From Vicugna vicugna (lineage: Eukaryota), in contig MU058463.1 in the NCBI GenBank assembly GCA_013265495.1, forward strand, positions 2,503,523-2,567,522: a DNA stretch of 64,000 bases. The letters run 5' to 3'. The notes beneath the pieces were generated by a model. It was not told where the DNA came from, ran no database searches, and saw nothing but the letters and a program-made list of their open reading frames with translations. Each line of letters starts with the position of its first letter. Within the stretch, counting starts at the first letter, position 1. Both the position numbers and the translations under genes were made by a program. Positions 40,196-52,200 of this stretch are shown here, piece after piece.

Positions 40196-41069
40196 CTTGG
40201 CACTGTTTTTTTTTTGTGTTTTTTTTGTTTTACCTGATTTTTTAAAACATTTTTTATTGATTTATAATCATTTTACAATGTTGTGTCAAATTCCAGTGTT
40301 CAGCACAATTTTTCAGTCATACATGGACATATACATACTCATTGTTACATTTTTTTCTCTGTTAGTTACCATAATGTTTTGTGTAAATTTCCCTGTGCTA
40401 TACAGTATACTCTTGTTTATCTATTCTACAATTTTGAAATCCCAGTCTATCCCTTCCCACCCTCTGCCCCCCTGGCAACCACAAGTCTGTATTCTCTGTC
40501 TATGAGTCTATTTCTGTCCTGTATTTATGTTTTGTTTTTGTTTGTTTGTTTGTTTTTTAGATTCCACATATGAGCGATCTCATATGGTATTTTTCTTTCT
40601 CTTTCTGGTTTACTTCGCTTAGAAAAAGAAAGTAAAGAAACAATCCCCTTTAAAATAGCACCCAAAGTAATAAAATATCTGGGAATAAATCTAATCAAGG
40701 AGGTGAAAGAATTATACACAGAAAACTATAAACCATTGATGAAGGAAATTAAAGAAGACTTTAAAAAATGGAAAGACATCCCATGCTCTTGGATTGGAAG
40801 AATCAATATTGTTAAAATGGTCATACTGCCCAAGGCAATCTAAAGATTTAATGCAATCCCTATCTAATTACCCAGGACATATTTCACAGAACTAGAGCAA
40901 ATCATAATAAAATTTATATGGAACCATCGAAGACCTAGAATTGCCAAAGCATTACTGAAGAGAAAGAAAGAGGCTGGAGGAATAACTCTCCCAGACTTCA
41001 GACAATACTATAGAGCTGCAGTCATCAAGACAGCATGGTATTGGTACCAAAACAGACTTGGCACTGTTT
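40196..41069 (-). mobile_element. Young L1, 5'-truncated and 5'-inverted (twin priming)
   Basis: 13-bp perfect TSD CTTGGCACTGTTT (40196-40208 and 41057-41069). Minus-strand tail, 3' UTR and ORF2 end at 40209-40624. Plus-strand ORF2 segment 40621-41057 encodes [19 protein letters not shown]...TAWYWYQNR with two stops. Confidence 0.95.
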
Positions 41070-41294
41070 ACCTACAGGAATCATTTAAAGAATTTGTTTT
41101 CTAACTTAAGCCAGTGATCATAGTATATGCCTAGAGTCAATATTGTGCCCATTTGTTACCACTGTAATTCCATGCCTGGCACAGTTCTAGTAAATAGAAA
41201 GTACTTGAGACCTATGTCTCAAATAAATATCATGACATGACTAAATGGCTGTGCCCACAGTACCTCTCAAAGTACAGTAGCAAAAGTGTGGTAT

Positions 41295-41707
41295 ATAAGT
41301 TAGTTGTTTCCAGAAATGCTGCTTAAAAAATGGCCCCACAACTCAGTGGTTTAAAACAATAATCATTTATTGGCTCCTCTAGGCTGAGTTCAGCTGGACT
41401 CACTCATCTGTCTGTGTTGAGGATTGAAAATCTAGGCTGGGCTCACTGAAGGCTGCTTAGCTCTGCTCCAGGTGTCTCTCTTGAAGCTAGTGGGCTAGTC
41501 CATATATGTTCTCTTAAGGTCAGTGGCAGAGGCAGGGGAGCAGGCTAAACAGCTCAAGAGTATTTCAAGCTTCTGTTTGCCTCGTGTCTGCTACCATTCC
41601 CACTGCCCTAAACAAGAAACACAGTCAGGCCCGAGATCGGTGAAAGGGGAAGTGGGCTGTGACTGGAGGGAGAGAATTTTTCTAAACAATAATGCAGTCT
41701 ACCTCAT
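41295..41707 (-). mobile_element. MaLR LTR (MLT1H-like)
   Basis: CCCCACAACTCAGTGGTTTAAAACAATAATCATTTATT...AACAATAATGCAGTCTACCTCA. Confidence 0.75.
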
Positions 41708-44700
41708 TTGGTAAAAACTCAAAAATTACTGAAGCCCGGTCCTCCAAAGTACTTTTTCTGTTTCACAGGGCCCTACTCCTGCAGGCATGGATTCACCATT
41801 GTAGAAAGTGCAAAACTCTTTTTAAAAATCTACACTGTCTCCTCTTAGTAAGAAAGGCTGCTCTCTTAAGAGAGTCTACCTTGTGCAAGTGATTTTTCTA
41901 CACCATCAAATTCAATCACTATAACATCTTAACAAAGTAACTGTTTAATTAATCTTTACTTTTCAAATAACAAGAGTGGCTCAGAATACTGAACTACGTG
42001 GCTGTAAGTCAAACAGCTCGTAACTGGTAGAGTCAGCACCCAGATCCACCTCTCCCTGAACCCCAAGTCCATGCGTTATGCATTCTCTGTGCCGCCTGGC
42101 GGCATAGCTGACCCACTCTTAAAATCTGTGCTACGTTTCCACCAATACAATCTGGAAGCTGCTTCTGAGGCATGAGCTTTGAGCTCTGTAATAAAGCAAC
42201 TGATATGAAGACAAAATTTATTTCTTAGAGGACCCTGTTTTCTTAACTACCAGAAGAGGGATTAAAAAAAAATACAGTATCTCTGATTTATCATTGGTTA
42301 GTGTTTTATCGGCTCTTGACCTTTTCTGTAGCTTTTCCAAAGTAATATCACTTCGTTGCCACTGTCACCTTTACTTTCTTTAAGCATCTGTGTCATCTTA
42401 TCGAAGATCTGTACTTCTGATTACTTTTTTTCCTAGAAACTTGGCTTACATTTTTAAAATATAAATCTATTTTATTTCAGGATGTCTCAGAACCTCAGGA
42501 CTTTATGTCTTCTGATGTCAAAAGTTCACTTACATTTTTAAAAGGAAATTTTCTGAGCATACATCATAATTTATATAATCCACGTGCTCAATATTTTCCT
42601 TGTTGGAAATGTCCTGAGTACACAAATGTTGTCTGACAGTTTTACAACTCCAGGAAAAAGATAAGTAAGTATAAAATTGCCAGTTTGCCACTGGGTATGT
42701 GTGTGTGTGTGTGTATTTTTTTTTTTACCATTTTCAAAATGGCGGAAATCTTACCAAGTTAACTGCTGATGTTTGCACTGCTGATGAAGTGTGCACAGAG
42801 AGATGTGAATTGATGACTGATGGACGTACGAGTGCAGAGCGGTAATTCTAGCTGTTTTGGTTCTGCTATCAGTTTTGCCCCCAATTATCTCTATAATCTC
42901 CATAAAGCTATGCTACTCCCTGCCACTGTAAACACTAAATGCACAGCCTCTTCCACGACTGAATTGTCCTGTTGCTTATTTGGAACTGGCCACTGCTTCC
43001 TAGCATTAACTTGGATAAAGAAAAACTTCACGTTGATAGTTTCTATCTTATTTTTCTTCTAGAGAAGGGGAACTAGGCTGATGCAGGGAGAGATTCTGTG
43101 GTGGTTTTTCAAAGAGCTGTGTGGATTGGGGTGTTGTAGCGTCAGACACCAGGGCTTTAGTGATTTCAGGTAAGGTTGGTGAGGACATTCTTAGAAGACA
43201 AAGTATCCCCGGGCTCTGGGAGTCGCACTGTGAAATAGCCACCCTCCCTCCTTTTTGCCAACAGAATTCCAGTGCTGTCTGTGTAGCAGCGTTGACCATC
43301 CCAGCTTTCGTCCTGCTCACCTCACTGCTCTGTGTGTGTGAGATCCTCGGAACTGAAGTAGCCCCCTTTCTGCGACCAGGGACAGCTCCCTGACTTCCTT
43401 AAGCTCTTGAGCCGATTCTGGGACCACTCACCTCCAGACTGATTGCTATGAGGTTAATTGAATACTTTTCATTATTTTCACCTCGATTAATTGGGCTTTC
43501 TGATATTTGTAGTCAAATGCATCTTTAAATATTCTACGTGTGGGGAATCCCAGTTTCATCAGTGAATAAGTTTATGCCCCCTCTTTGGGCATTCTGAATG
43601 CATCACTATTCTTTTCATTTAAATTCACTTTCTTATTTGTTTGTGAGCTGGTATAGGCGTTGGAAAAAACTGATGAGCAATTCTGACTCCTCTTATGTAC
43701 CTAGTACTGGGTAGGGTGAAATGTATCATCTTTGGACCATAGTATTTTTATCAAATAGCATCATCATAGTGAGAGTCTTTGTAAGTGCATCAAGGACCTT
43801 GAAAAACATTTGGCTCAGAATAAGTTGAAAAAAAAAATTAAATCTCAGTTGAAGATGAATTGTGCCCTCAAATCCCTCTACTATTTATTTATATTTTAAG
43901 TTTAAAAATTTGCCCAAATACACAGAGAATGCTCCAGAGGCACAATATCCAATCAAGTTGTGGTGTGGGGAGGGCTGCAGTCAATACCAGTTTGCCTTTG
44001 AGGCAGTATGCTTGGTGATTGAAACCTCTGTGGACCAACGCTCTCCCTCTCAGAAACCTGATTATGGCGACGAGCAGTTGTGTTCGTCTGACAACTGTCT
44101 CCTTCAGTTGGCTCAGACTGCCAATCTCCGGGTCAGGTTGTGCTGAAGAAGACCGGACTTGAGAACAACGAGAACTGGAAAGATCTTTGCATGACTCGCG
44201 CTATGCGTATAGCTAGTGTGTTCTCTGTGCCTATGTAATTAATATTCACAACAATTCATGGCTTGAATGGGATTCAGCGTTTTGTCGTAGCTTATTTGTG
44301 TCACCCGCTGCCACATGTCCCATGACAGTTATCAAGTGGTGACTCAGTCCTCCCTTCTCCAGGCGAGTTATTGTAATTACGCTCACCTTACCTGCATCAA
44401 TCAAAGAGTAGTCAGGTACAGGGCATAGCAACTTCCCTAAAAATTTCATCGCACTTCCTGCACCTTTGCATGTTGGAGGAGCCTGAAATTTGAACATAGT
44501 ATTTCCTTTAAAGTTGCTCCAATCGATCAGGTTTAAAAATCCTACCGTTTTGTACAGATGCTGGTATTTGAGAGTTTGTAAAGTTGATTATCAAGTGCTT
44601 CTTTCTAAGTTGTGATTGCACAACCTACCAAGATTAGTCATGAGCTGACTCCGTTACAGAAGCTTTCAGCAGCTGCTGCTTTTATGAAAGAACCAACATC

Positions 44701-45484
44701 AGAGGTCCAGTGCCAAGGTGATTTCAGCTCAGATCCCAAGCAGGAAATTATTCTTTCCATCAAATGAGGTGTTAAATCCCTTCCTGTTTCTGTGTGAAGA
44801 CATCCTGCCAGTGTCTTGGAGAACACAGGCTGGGCTGCATGCTCGGTTAGCGAACGCCTGGGGTTGGAGGGATGGCCTGATGGCTACGGCATCACAGGGC
44901 TGTTCTTTAGACTTGGTGAAGCAGGCACCAGCATTTTGTAAAGCATATTATAAAACATCCGAACCTCTTGGAGAGACAAACTCCTTTCTTGGAATCTGAT
45001 TGATACAGACTAAGTACTTAGTGACGGTGCTTTGAACAAGCGCCTTAGCAAAGCCTAAAAAATGTTCTGTAGTCAGTAATAAGGAGGCCAGAAGCAGACA
45101 TCCCATTGTAGACCAGTGAGAGGCAAGAAGCAGTTTGGTACCCACAGAAGAGCATCCACATGGACCTAACACTGGCCAGGGGTCATCAGCTACTGCTTGT
45201 GAGGAGAAATAGGGAACTGGCATCAGACTCCATCCTCTGAGCTGCAGCAAGCAGAGGAGTGAGGATGGTTTTAGATTCACCCACACAAGACAAGGGCTTA
45301 AAGTAAGACAGTGAAAATCAAGCTCTTTTTGCTGCCGTCCCCCAGCATATCAGGCAGCAGTGGTACACACTGAGCATTGCTCTCTCCTCCATGAGATCAG
45401 GATTTCCTTAGATACAAGAGCTGAATTTCATTCGTCTTTGTATGATCAGTAACGTATGATCCATGATCCAGCTTTTTTTAATTA

Positions 45485-45625
45485 AACAGGCTCAAGTTCA
45501 AATTTCATCTCCATGTATTAATAAATGTGTGGTCTTAGCTAAGTCATGTTACCTTCTCATCTGAAAATGGGGATAATACTTTTGCAGAGAAAGGACCGTA
45601 TGTAAAATATAAGGCACATAAATGG
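45485..45625 (+). mobile_element. MIR SINE fragment
   Basis: GTTCAAATTTCATCTC...TGTGGTCTTAGCTAAGTCA...CTCATCTGAAAATGGGGATAATA. Confidence 0.75.
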
Positions 45626-45769
45626 ACTTTATCACAGAAAGCGATGATTGTTCCTGGAGACTTGCACTTTGTTTAGGAAAATGCAATATGCACAAACGTA
45701 ATTCTCAGATGGCTCTAAATCTAGAAGTCCCATGAGTGTGAGGGTACTTATAGGAAAGCCACTGCCCTT

Positions 45770-46930
45770 CACATATACTTTGCTGTTCACCCAAACACCC
45801 TTGTGTCCAGTGTCCTCCACAGAAAAGGCCTTTTCCCTCCATCTCCACCTGGCCAAACGCTGCCTGTCTCATTTCCAAATGCAAACGTCCCCACCACTTG
45901 GTCCAGTTAAAGGGCTCTTTCTATCCTCTTGAGCCCCGTGGCATTCAACAGCTCTTTCCTACAGTGCTTCTGACTTTCCCCCTTACGGTAGAGAGAGAGA
46001 GTGAAGAAACAGCCTTGTCTACCTCACAGCTCTGCAACCTTAAGAGGCCTTCCCAAGTACTGTTTCCTCTTCTCTTGGTGCCTAAAGTAGCATCATTCAC
46101 ACAGTAGGCACTGAGTAAGTAAATACGAATGGATGCAGGAGTAAATCCTCATTTCTGAGTGGAGAGCAGGAGAAGATGCAAGAGGAGGAGACCATGCAGC
46201 TGACCGAGGAATGGGCAAGATTTGGGTGAGGAGAGAGAGCGGGAAGGCACTTCAGAGCCAGTGGACACGCGCGGTGAAGGGATCGCCAACATGTGGGCCA
46301 GCGTGGAGGAGGGAACTTGTCAGGTGTGTCCGGGGAACAGTGCATGACAGGACCAGGAATGCTGTGGATAAAACTGGGAGGGCAGCATTTTATATTAGTT
46401 GGGAAAGATGGGGGTTCGATTATGAGAGTTTGGAATGGAAACTAAAATGTTTGGATTCTCTAGTCAGGATCAAATCTTGTGGACTGTGTGCAGGATAGAC
46501 GGTAGGGGGTGGGTGGAAAAGAAATTAGAGGCCAGTCTCTTGGAATATTGCTTCTTAATGAAGTAAAGAAGGCTGAGCCACATTGGTGTGGTAGAAATAA
46601 AAAAAAAGAGAGATAGAAACGTGCTAATGATCATGCATCATTTAATAGGAATTGGTGGTATGTGATTGCTGGGGTGAGGTGAAAAGGATGGACCAGTAGA
46701 AGTCAAGACGGTAGTGCCATTAAGAGAGATAGAGAATTGGCCAGTACATGTTTGTTTGGTGGAAGGCGATGATTTCTGTTTCCAAGGTTGATTTTAAATA
46801 ATCATTTTGGTAGAAATCAAAAAGATGATGGTATCTTGAGAGAGAAATCAATGCCTGAGTTGTAGTTTTGAAAATCTTTTATATTGCCATCGTGGTGGGA
46901 GTACAGACAGCTAAATGAATGCTCCCTGTA
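45770..46930. mobile_element. Degenerate LINE-2 pieces (plus 3' end to ~46135, minus piece after)
   Basis: CACAGTAGGCACTGAGTAAGTAAATACGAATGGATG is an L2 tail; GGTAGTGCCATTAAGAGAGATAGAGAA and GATGATTTCTGTTT resemble antisense L2. Confidence 0.5.
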
Positions 46931-47731
46931 CACCTGGTTCTCATGGTGGGCGTGTCTGCGAGTGGATTGTCAAGTGGAGGGTGAAGTGGAAGCAACTAAA
47001 GCATGTGTGATTATTTCTGGACCTTGTGAAACCCTTTCTGTGTGTCTTTAGCCTCTATATGCTGGGAGTGCCAAATCTGGACTTACCTATCTTTACAAGT
47101 CCAACTGGAATAAGAAGATGAAAAAATAATTTTTATTTCCACTTTGTAGATAAGACTAATGAGACAACTGAAAGTCAGAAATTCTCCTCCACTCCCTTGA
47201 GCTTTAGCCTCCAGAATTCAATTTTCCCACATATGAGGATAATGTGTGACTTTGGGAATATGAAACATTTATAACATAGCTCTCATTTTAAGAACAAATA
47301 CCCTTTGTTGTCTCCAGGAAAATACTCCTTAGGTGTAAATGTTAAGGTGAAGTTCTCTTAACAAGCAGTTGCTTCACCAGAAATTTGCCAAAGTGGTCCC
47401 CAACTCTGATATTTAATACTTAGTTCTCACTGACTGTTATAAATTGTGCCTTTGGTGCATTCAACTATTTTTGGTGGTTTTATTTTAACATTGTTATTAT
47501 AAATGAAATACATGAAATAGGGCCCATTAGCAAAAAATGTGGATTGGGAACTAATGCTTGAATTTTGAACATTCTTTTAGTAACAACTGAGGGAAGGCTT
47601 ACTGATTTTTAGCTTCTTAAGAAACTGGCGAAACTCATTAAGAAGAAAATAAAATATCAAATCCAGGTTATGCCAGTTAAGTTATATCATTATGTCATTT
47701 TCCTGTTCTTATTTTTTTTAAATTAAAGTTC

Positions 47732-49017
47732 AAAAGTTTCCATCTTACCCTGGGCAAAACCTTTTTGTATAATGTCTTTGTCCTATTTGTTAATTTTTTC
47801 TTTTGTTACTCTTACCTAAGGAGATATATCCAAAAAAATATTGCTAAGACTGATGTCAAAGAGCATACTGCCTCTGCTTTCTTCTAGGAATTTTATGGTT
47901 TCTGGTCATACATTTAAGGAAACCATCAACAAAACCAAAAGTCAGCCTACTTGAGTGATAGAGATATTTGCAAATGGTATACCTGATAACAGGTTGATAT
48001 CCAAAATATATAAAGAACTCACACAACTCAATATGAAAAAAAAATCCAATTGGAAAATGGGCAGAGGACCTGAATAAACTTTTTTTCCAAGGGAGACAGA
48101 GGACCTGAACAGACTTTTTTCCAAGGGCAACAGACACATGAAAAGATTCTCAGCATTTCTATAATCATTAGGGAAATGCAAATAAAACTGCAGTGAGCTA
48201 TCATCTCACACCTGTCAGAATGGCTATTATCAAAAAGACAACAAATAAGTATTGGCTAGGATGTGCACTTTTGGTAGGAATATAAATTGCTAAAGCCAGT
48301 ATGGAAAAGAGTATGGAGGTTCCTCAAAATGTTAAAAATAGAGCTACCATATGGTCCAGCAATTTCGCTTCTGAGTATTTTCCTGAAGAAAATGAAAACA
48401 GTAACTCAGAAAGATGTGTGAACCCCTATGTTCACTGCAGCATTATTTACAACAGCCAAGATATGAAAGCAACTAAAGGTTCACTCATAGATGAACAGAT
48501 AAAGAACACACCGTGTATATATACAATGGAATATTACTCAGCCATAATAAGAACGAAATGTTGCCATTTATGACAACATGGATAGACCTAGAGAGTATAA
48601 TGCAAAGTGAAATGAGACAGAGAAACACATTTCACTTCTATGTGAAATCTAAAAAACAAATGAAAAAAAACAAAACAAAACAGAAACGGATTCACAGATA
48701 CAGAGAACAAACTGGTGGTCATCAGAGGGGAGGAGCATGGGAATGTAGGCAAAATAGAGGAAGGGGATTAAGAGGCACACACTTCTAGCTAATATGTCAA
48801 CAAGTCATGGGTATGTAATGTAGAACATAGGGAATGTAATTCAGTAATGTTGTAATAACTTTGTATGATGACAGATGTTTACTAGCCTTATCATGGTGAT
48901 CAATTCATAATGTATAGAAATGTTAGATCACTGTGTTGCACACCTGAAACTAATATAATATTGTATATCAACTTTATACTTTGATAAAAAATAAAAGGGA
49001 AAAAAATTTCCATCTTA
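47732..49017 (+). mobile_element. Older L1 (L1MA9-like 3' end), 5'-truncated and inverted
   Basis: TSD AAAAGTTTCCATCTTA (47732-47747) and AAAAATTTCCATCTTA (49002-49017). Inverted ORF2 piece at about 47748-47918; sense ORF2 end and 3' UTR at about 47916-48995; A-rich tail. Confidence 0.92.
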
Positions 49018-49195
49018 TATTTTTCTCTAAGAAATGTCCTAAAGATGAGAATAAATAACTTTCAGGTGTTACAAAAACACGCATAAAATTCACATTTATT
49101 TTCTTTTCCTGTGGGGAGGCTTCTATTTGCTTCTTTCTTTTCTGCAAAGGATTTGAGATAGCTGAGCTAATTTCAGAGACTTAATTTAATTGATG

Positions 49196-49295
49196 TTTCC
49201 TTCCTTCCTTCCTCCCTTCCTTCCTCCCTTCTTTCCTTCCTCCCTCCCTCCCCTTTCTTCCCTTTCCTCCCTTTCCTCTCTCTCTCTCTTTCTTT
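49196..49295. repeat. Polypyrimidine low-complexity tract, (CCTT)n/(CT)n
   Basis: Visible directly. Confidence 0.9.
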
Positions 49296-52200
49296 TTTAA
49301 AAGCTTGCAAGTGGTTGGGGGGTCCATGTGAGAAGGGACCGGATGCTTTTGGAGGAGATGAGAAGGAAAGTTTTTCATTTGAGAAATTTGGTCTTTGCTC
49401 TTTTTACCAAAGAAGAACATAATTGTGGGCACACTTGAGAACACCAGATCAGATATTTTAATAAAACAGTTGTCTGTAGGAAGCAGACAATACTTCCTCT
49501 GCCCTTTTAACATTTTGGTAAAAACACTGGTAGAGACATTGCCCTGGAAGTCAGGTGACCTGGGGGCTACTTCTCTTTCTCTGCTTCTGCATTTCTTTCC
49601 TCTGAAAAATGAAAGGGTTGGATTCAGTGATCTACGTTCCTTTTCTCTTTTAGAGATTCTATGAAGCTGTGGTTTCAGGAGAGTCTGATTTCTTCCACAT
49701 GTTCCATTTTCCATTAACGCAATGGCCATTGATACAGAGGAAACATCCTGGACATTTCCAGGTAAGGCAAGTTTTGGGATCTGTTCTGAGAAATCCGCAC
49801 AGACAAAGCAGTTTGACCCATGTCATTGTAAGCCTTGCTAACATTTGCAGGAGGGAGAAATTATTAGCTAAAAAGATCCTTCTGGATTTACTGTGTTTCA
49901 CAGTGTTTGCAAACACGAACTGTAAACAAAATATTAATGTTTAGAGTCCAGGTGTATATCTGGTAAAGAACTGTCACAGTTAGCGAACTGCTGTCACGTC
50001 AGTGAAACGGCAGGCTGTCTTCTGTGTTTGCTGTTCTCAAAGAAGCAGTTACTGGAATTTTGAAATGGGTCAAACTGCTTTTAACCTAGCTGCTGTTATT
50101 CAATTTTATCAATTCTTCATTTTCTATTAGCAGGAAACCTGTTTCATGACTTCAATGTATAAAAGGTAGAAAGATCACAAAGCAGCCCCGAAGTGGATAA
50201 ATAGTGACTGACTCGCACATGCGCACTGCTGAGACTCGGAGCAACTCGGCCTTTTGCGATGGGGCCACGCCAGAAAGAGGAAGGTTGAGGCTGTTCACGC
50301 CTAACTTACTCAGTGTATCTCACTTGTCTTCATTTTTTTTTTTTTGGCTTGTTTGTTTTTGTTTAGTAAACATCGCCTTCCTATTAGATTGTTTTATCCC
50401 CTTAACCTTTATAAATGACAATTAAGTCCATCTAGCCTGTCAATAACATGTCATTTGTTGCTACAGCTGAGCCTGACCTTCATTGATTTTATTGGACTAA
50501 TTTGCTGGAAATGATTTTTTAATGTTAGATTTATTACTGGAGCACTTCATTGTCAGATAACTGAAGTAAATTGTAATTTTTCTCCAAACCAAATGCAAGA
50601 AGTACGGGAAAGGGATGTATTGTTTTCAAGGGTTATTTCCTATTAGGGTAGAGACATCCGTTATATATGATAAAATTTGCACACATAGGTTGTTTTTGAG
50701 TGGTGTGTATTTTTCCTCCTGTTTGACTTTTCTTTACGGATAGCTGAGGTAGCAGGAGGAGCTGGTAATGAATTAGCGTTCAAAAATGACGGTGCAAATT
50801 AGATTAGCTATCTACATAAATCTATCCAGTGACTGTAACTCCACCCCTCACATAAAGGGCCTTGCTGTTTTAATTTAACTGCAGGTTCAGTTTTGAATAG
50901 ACTGACGTTATGTAGTTAATCTTACCCTTTATACAAATAGTGTCTTATACCTCCAGCACTGGTGTTAACAAGGGTTTTATCAAATTGTGCTTCTGGCTCT
51001 CTAAAAACTTTGTCTGCCCAGATAATAATGAGTATTTCAATCCCTAAATGAGGCTGATATTTATTTTTCTATCCCATTGATGTTAGGGATGGCTGTCCTA
51101 TTGCTATATTTATGCAGTGGAGGAGACGCTGAGTTTTATATATTTCGTATTTTGAAAAGTGTCTGTGACTATGTGCCTCATCCGTATCGTGCTCTTGTGC
51201 CCGCGTGTTAGCAAGGCCAGCAGAGGTTTGCCAGCAAAGTTAACGCTCTTGTTTTTCTGGAAGTGAATTCTGGCTTGAAATAAAGGAAATGGACTTTCAA
51301 ACTCAACTTTAAATGTGAGCAAACGAAACGTGCTGTTTTTCACACTCCAAATAATGATGCCTTGTTACAGAGGAGGATTTCCAATATAGTGGAACTAGTT
51401 AAGGGAAAGTGGAGCAGTGCTTAAGCCTTATTCTTTAATGAAGATGTCCTTTTTTTCACTCTCATGGGAGCAGAATCAAAGCAAGTCATCATGTAACCAA
51501 AGGCAGAAAGAAAACTAGAATAAACGTCTCTGGAAATCTGTTTTAATTGCAGCAGTTTCTCCACTGCTTCACAACCGTTCTGAAGCAAAAGAAAAGTCTA
51601 AAACAGGATGTGAACGTCTCTGCATGTTTTATATAGAGAAACACTTTCTGGAAACGATACCCGTCTTGTCAGTTTATAAACTAAAATTCTGACAATACGA
51701 GCGGGTTTTGGTGATGTAAAATGGTGCCCACCCCTGTTGCCAGTGGCTTCCTCTCCCATCACCTCTTTTAAAGTGAAGTTTAGCATCAACTTTAATGAAG
51801 AGCAAATAGATGATCACATCACCAGGTTTTAAAAAAATCAGACTTGCTGTATCTTGCTGAAAGGCAGTTACACACAGGCTTAGGAATAGCCATGGTATAA
51901 AGCTCAACAGAGGTAGAAATCTGATTTCAAAATAGAAGTCTGATGTAATAACCTCGGAGTAAAGGTGTCAGCCGGTAGCAGCATCCTTCTCAACAGACTG
52001 GACTCTGAAATTCAATTCTAATTTAAGTAGGAATTACGGGGAGAAAACTGTAAGGACTTAAGGGAGAAACTTCTTGCTTTTAAATGGTCATGCTTCTTTC
52101 CTGTCTCTCTTCCTGTCAGGATTATTGATATAAAGGATCCATCAACATATTTTTATGGGTGATTAAGAAAGGCTGACCTTTCCTTTGCAGGTACAAATAG

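Noticed and set aside
49181..49729. 182-aa minus-strand ORF
   Set aside because: Its C-terminus derives from the (GGAA)n low-complexity tract, with no homology or convincing gene structure.
50295..50335. Minus-strand ATG...GA|GTAAGT as a first coding exon
   Set aside because: The frame MKTSEIH hits TGA right at the donor, and the orientation is opposite to the inferred host transcript.
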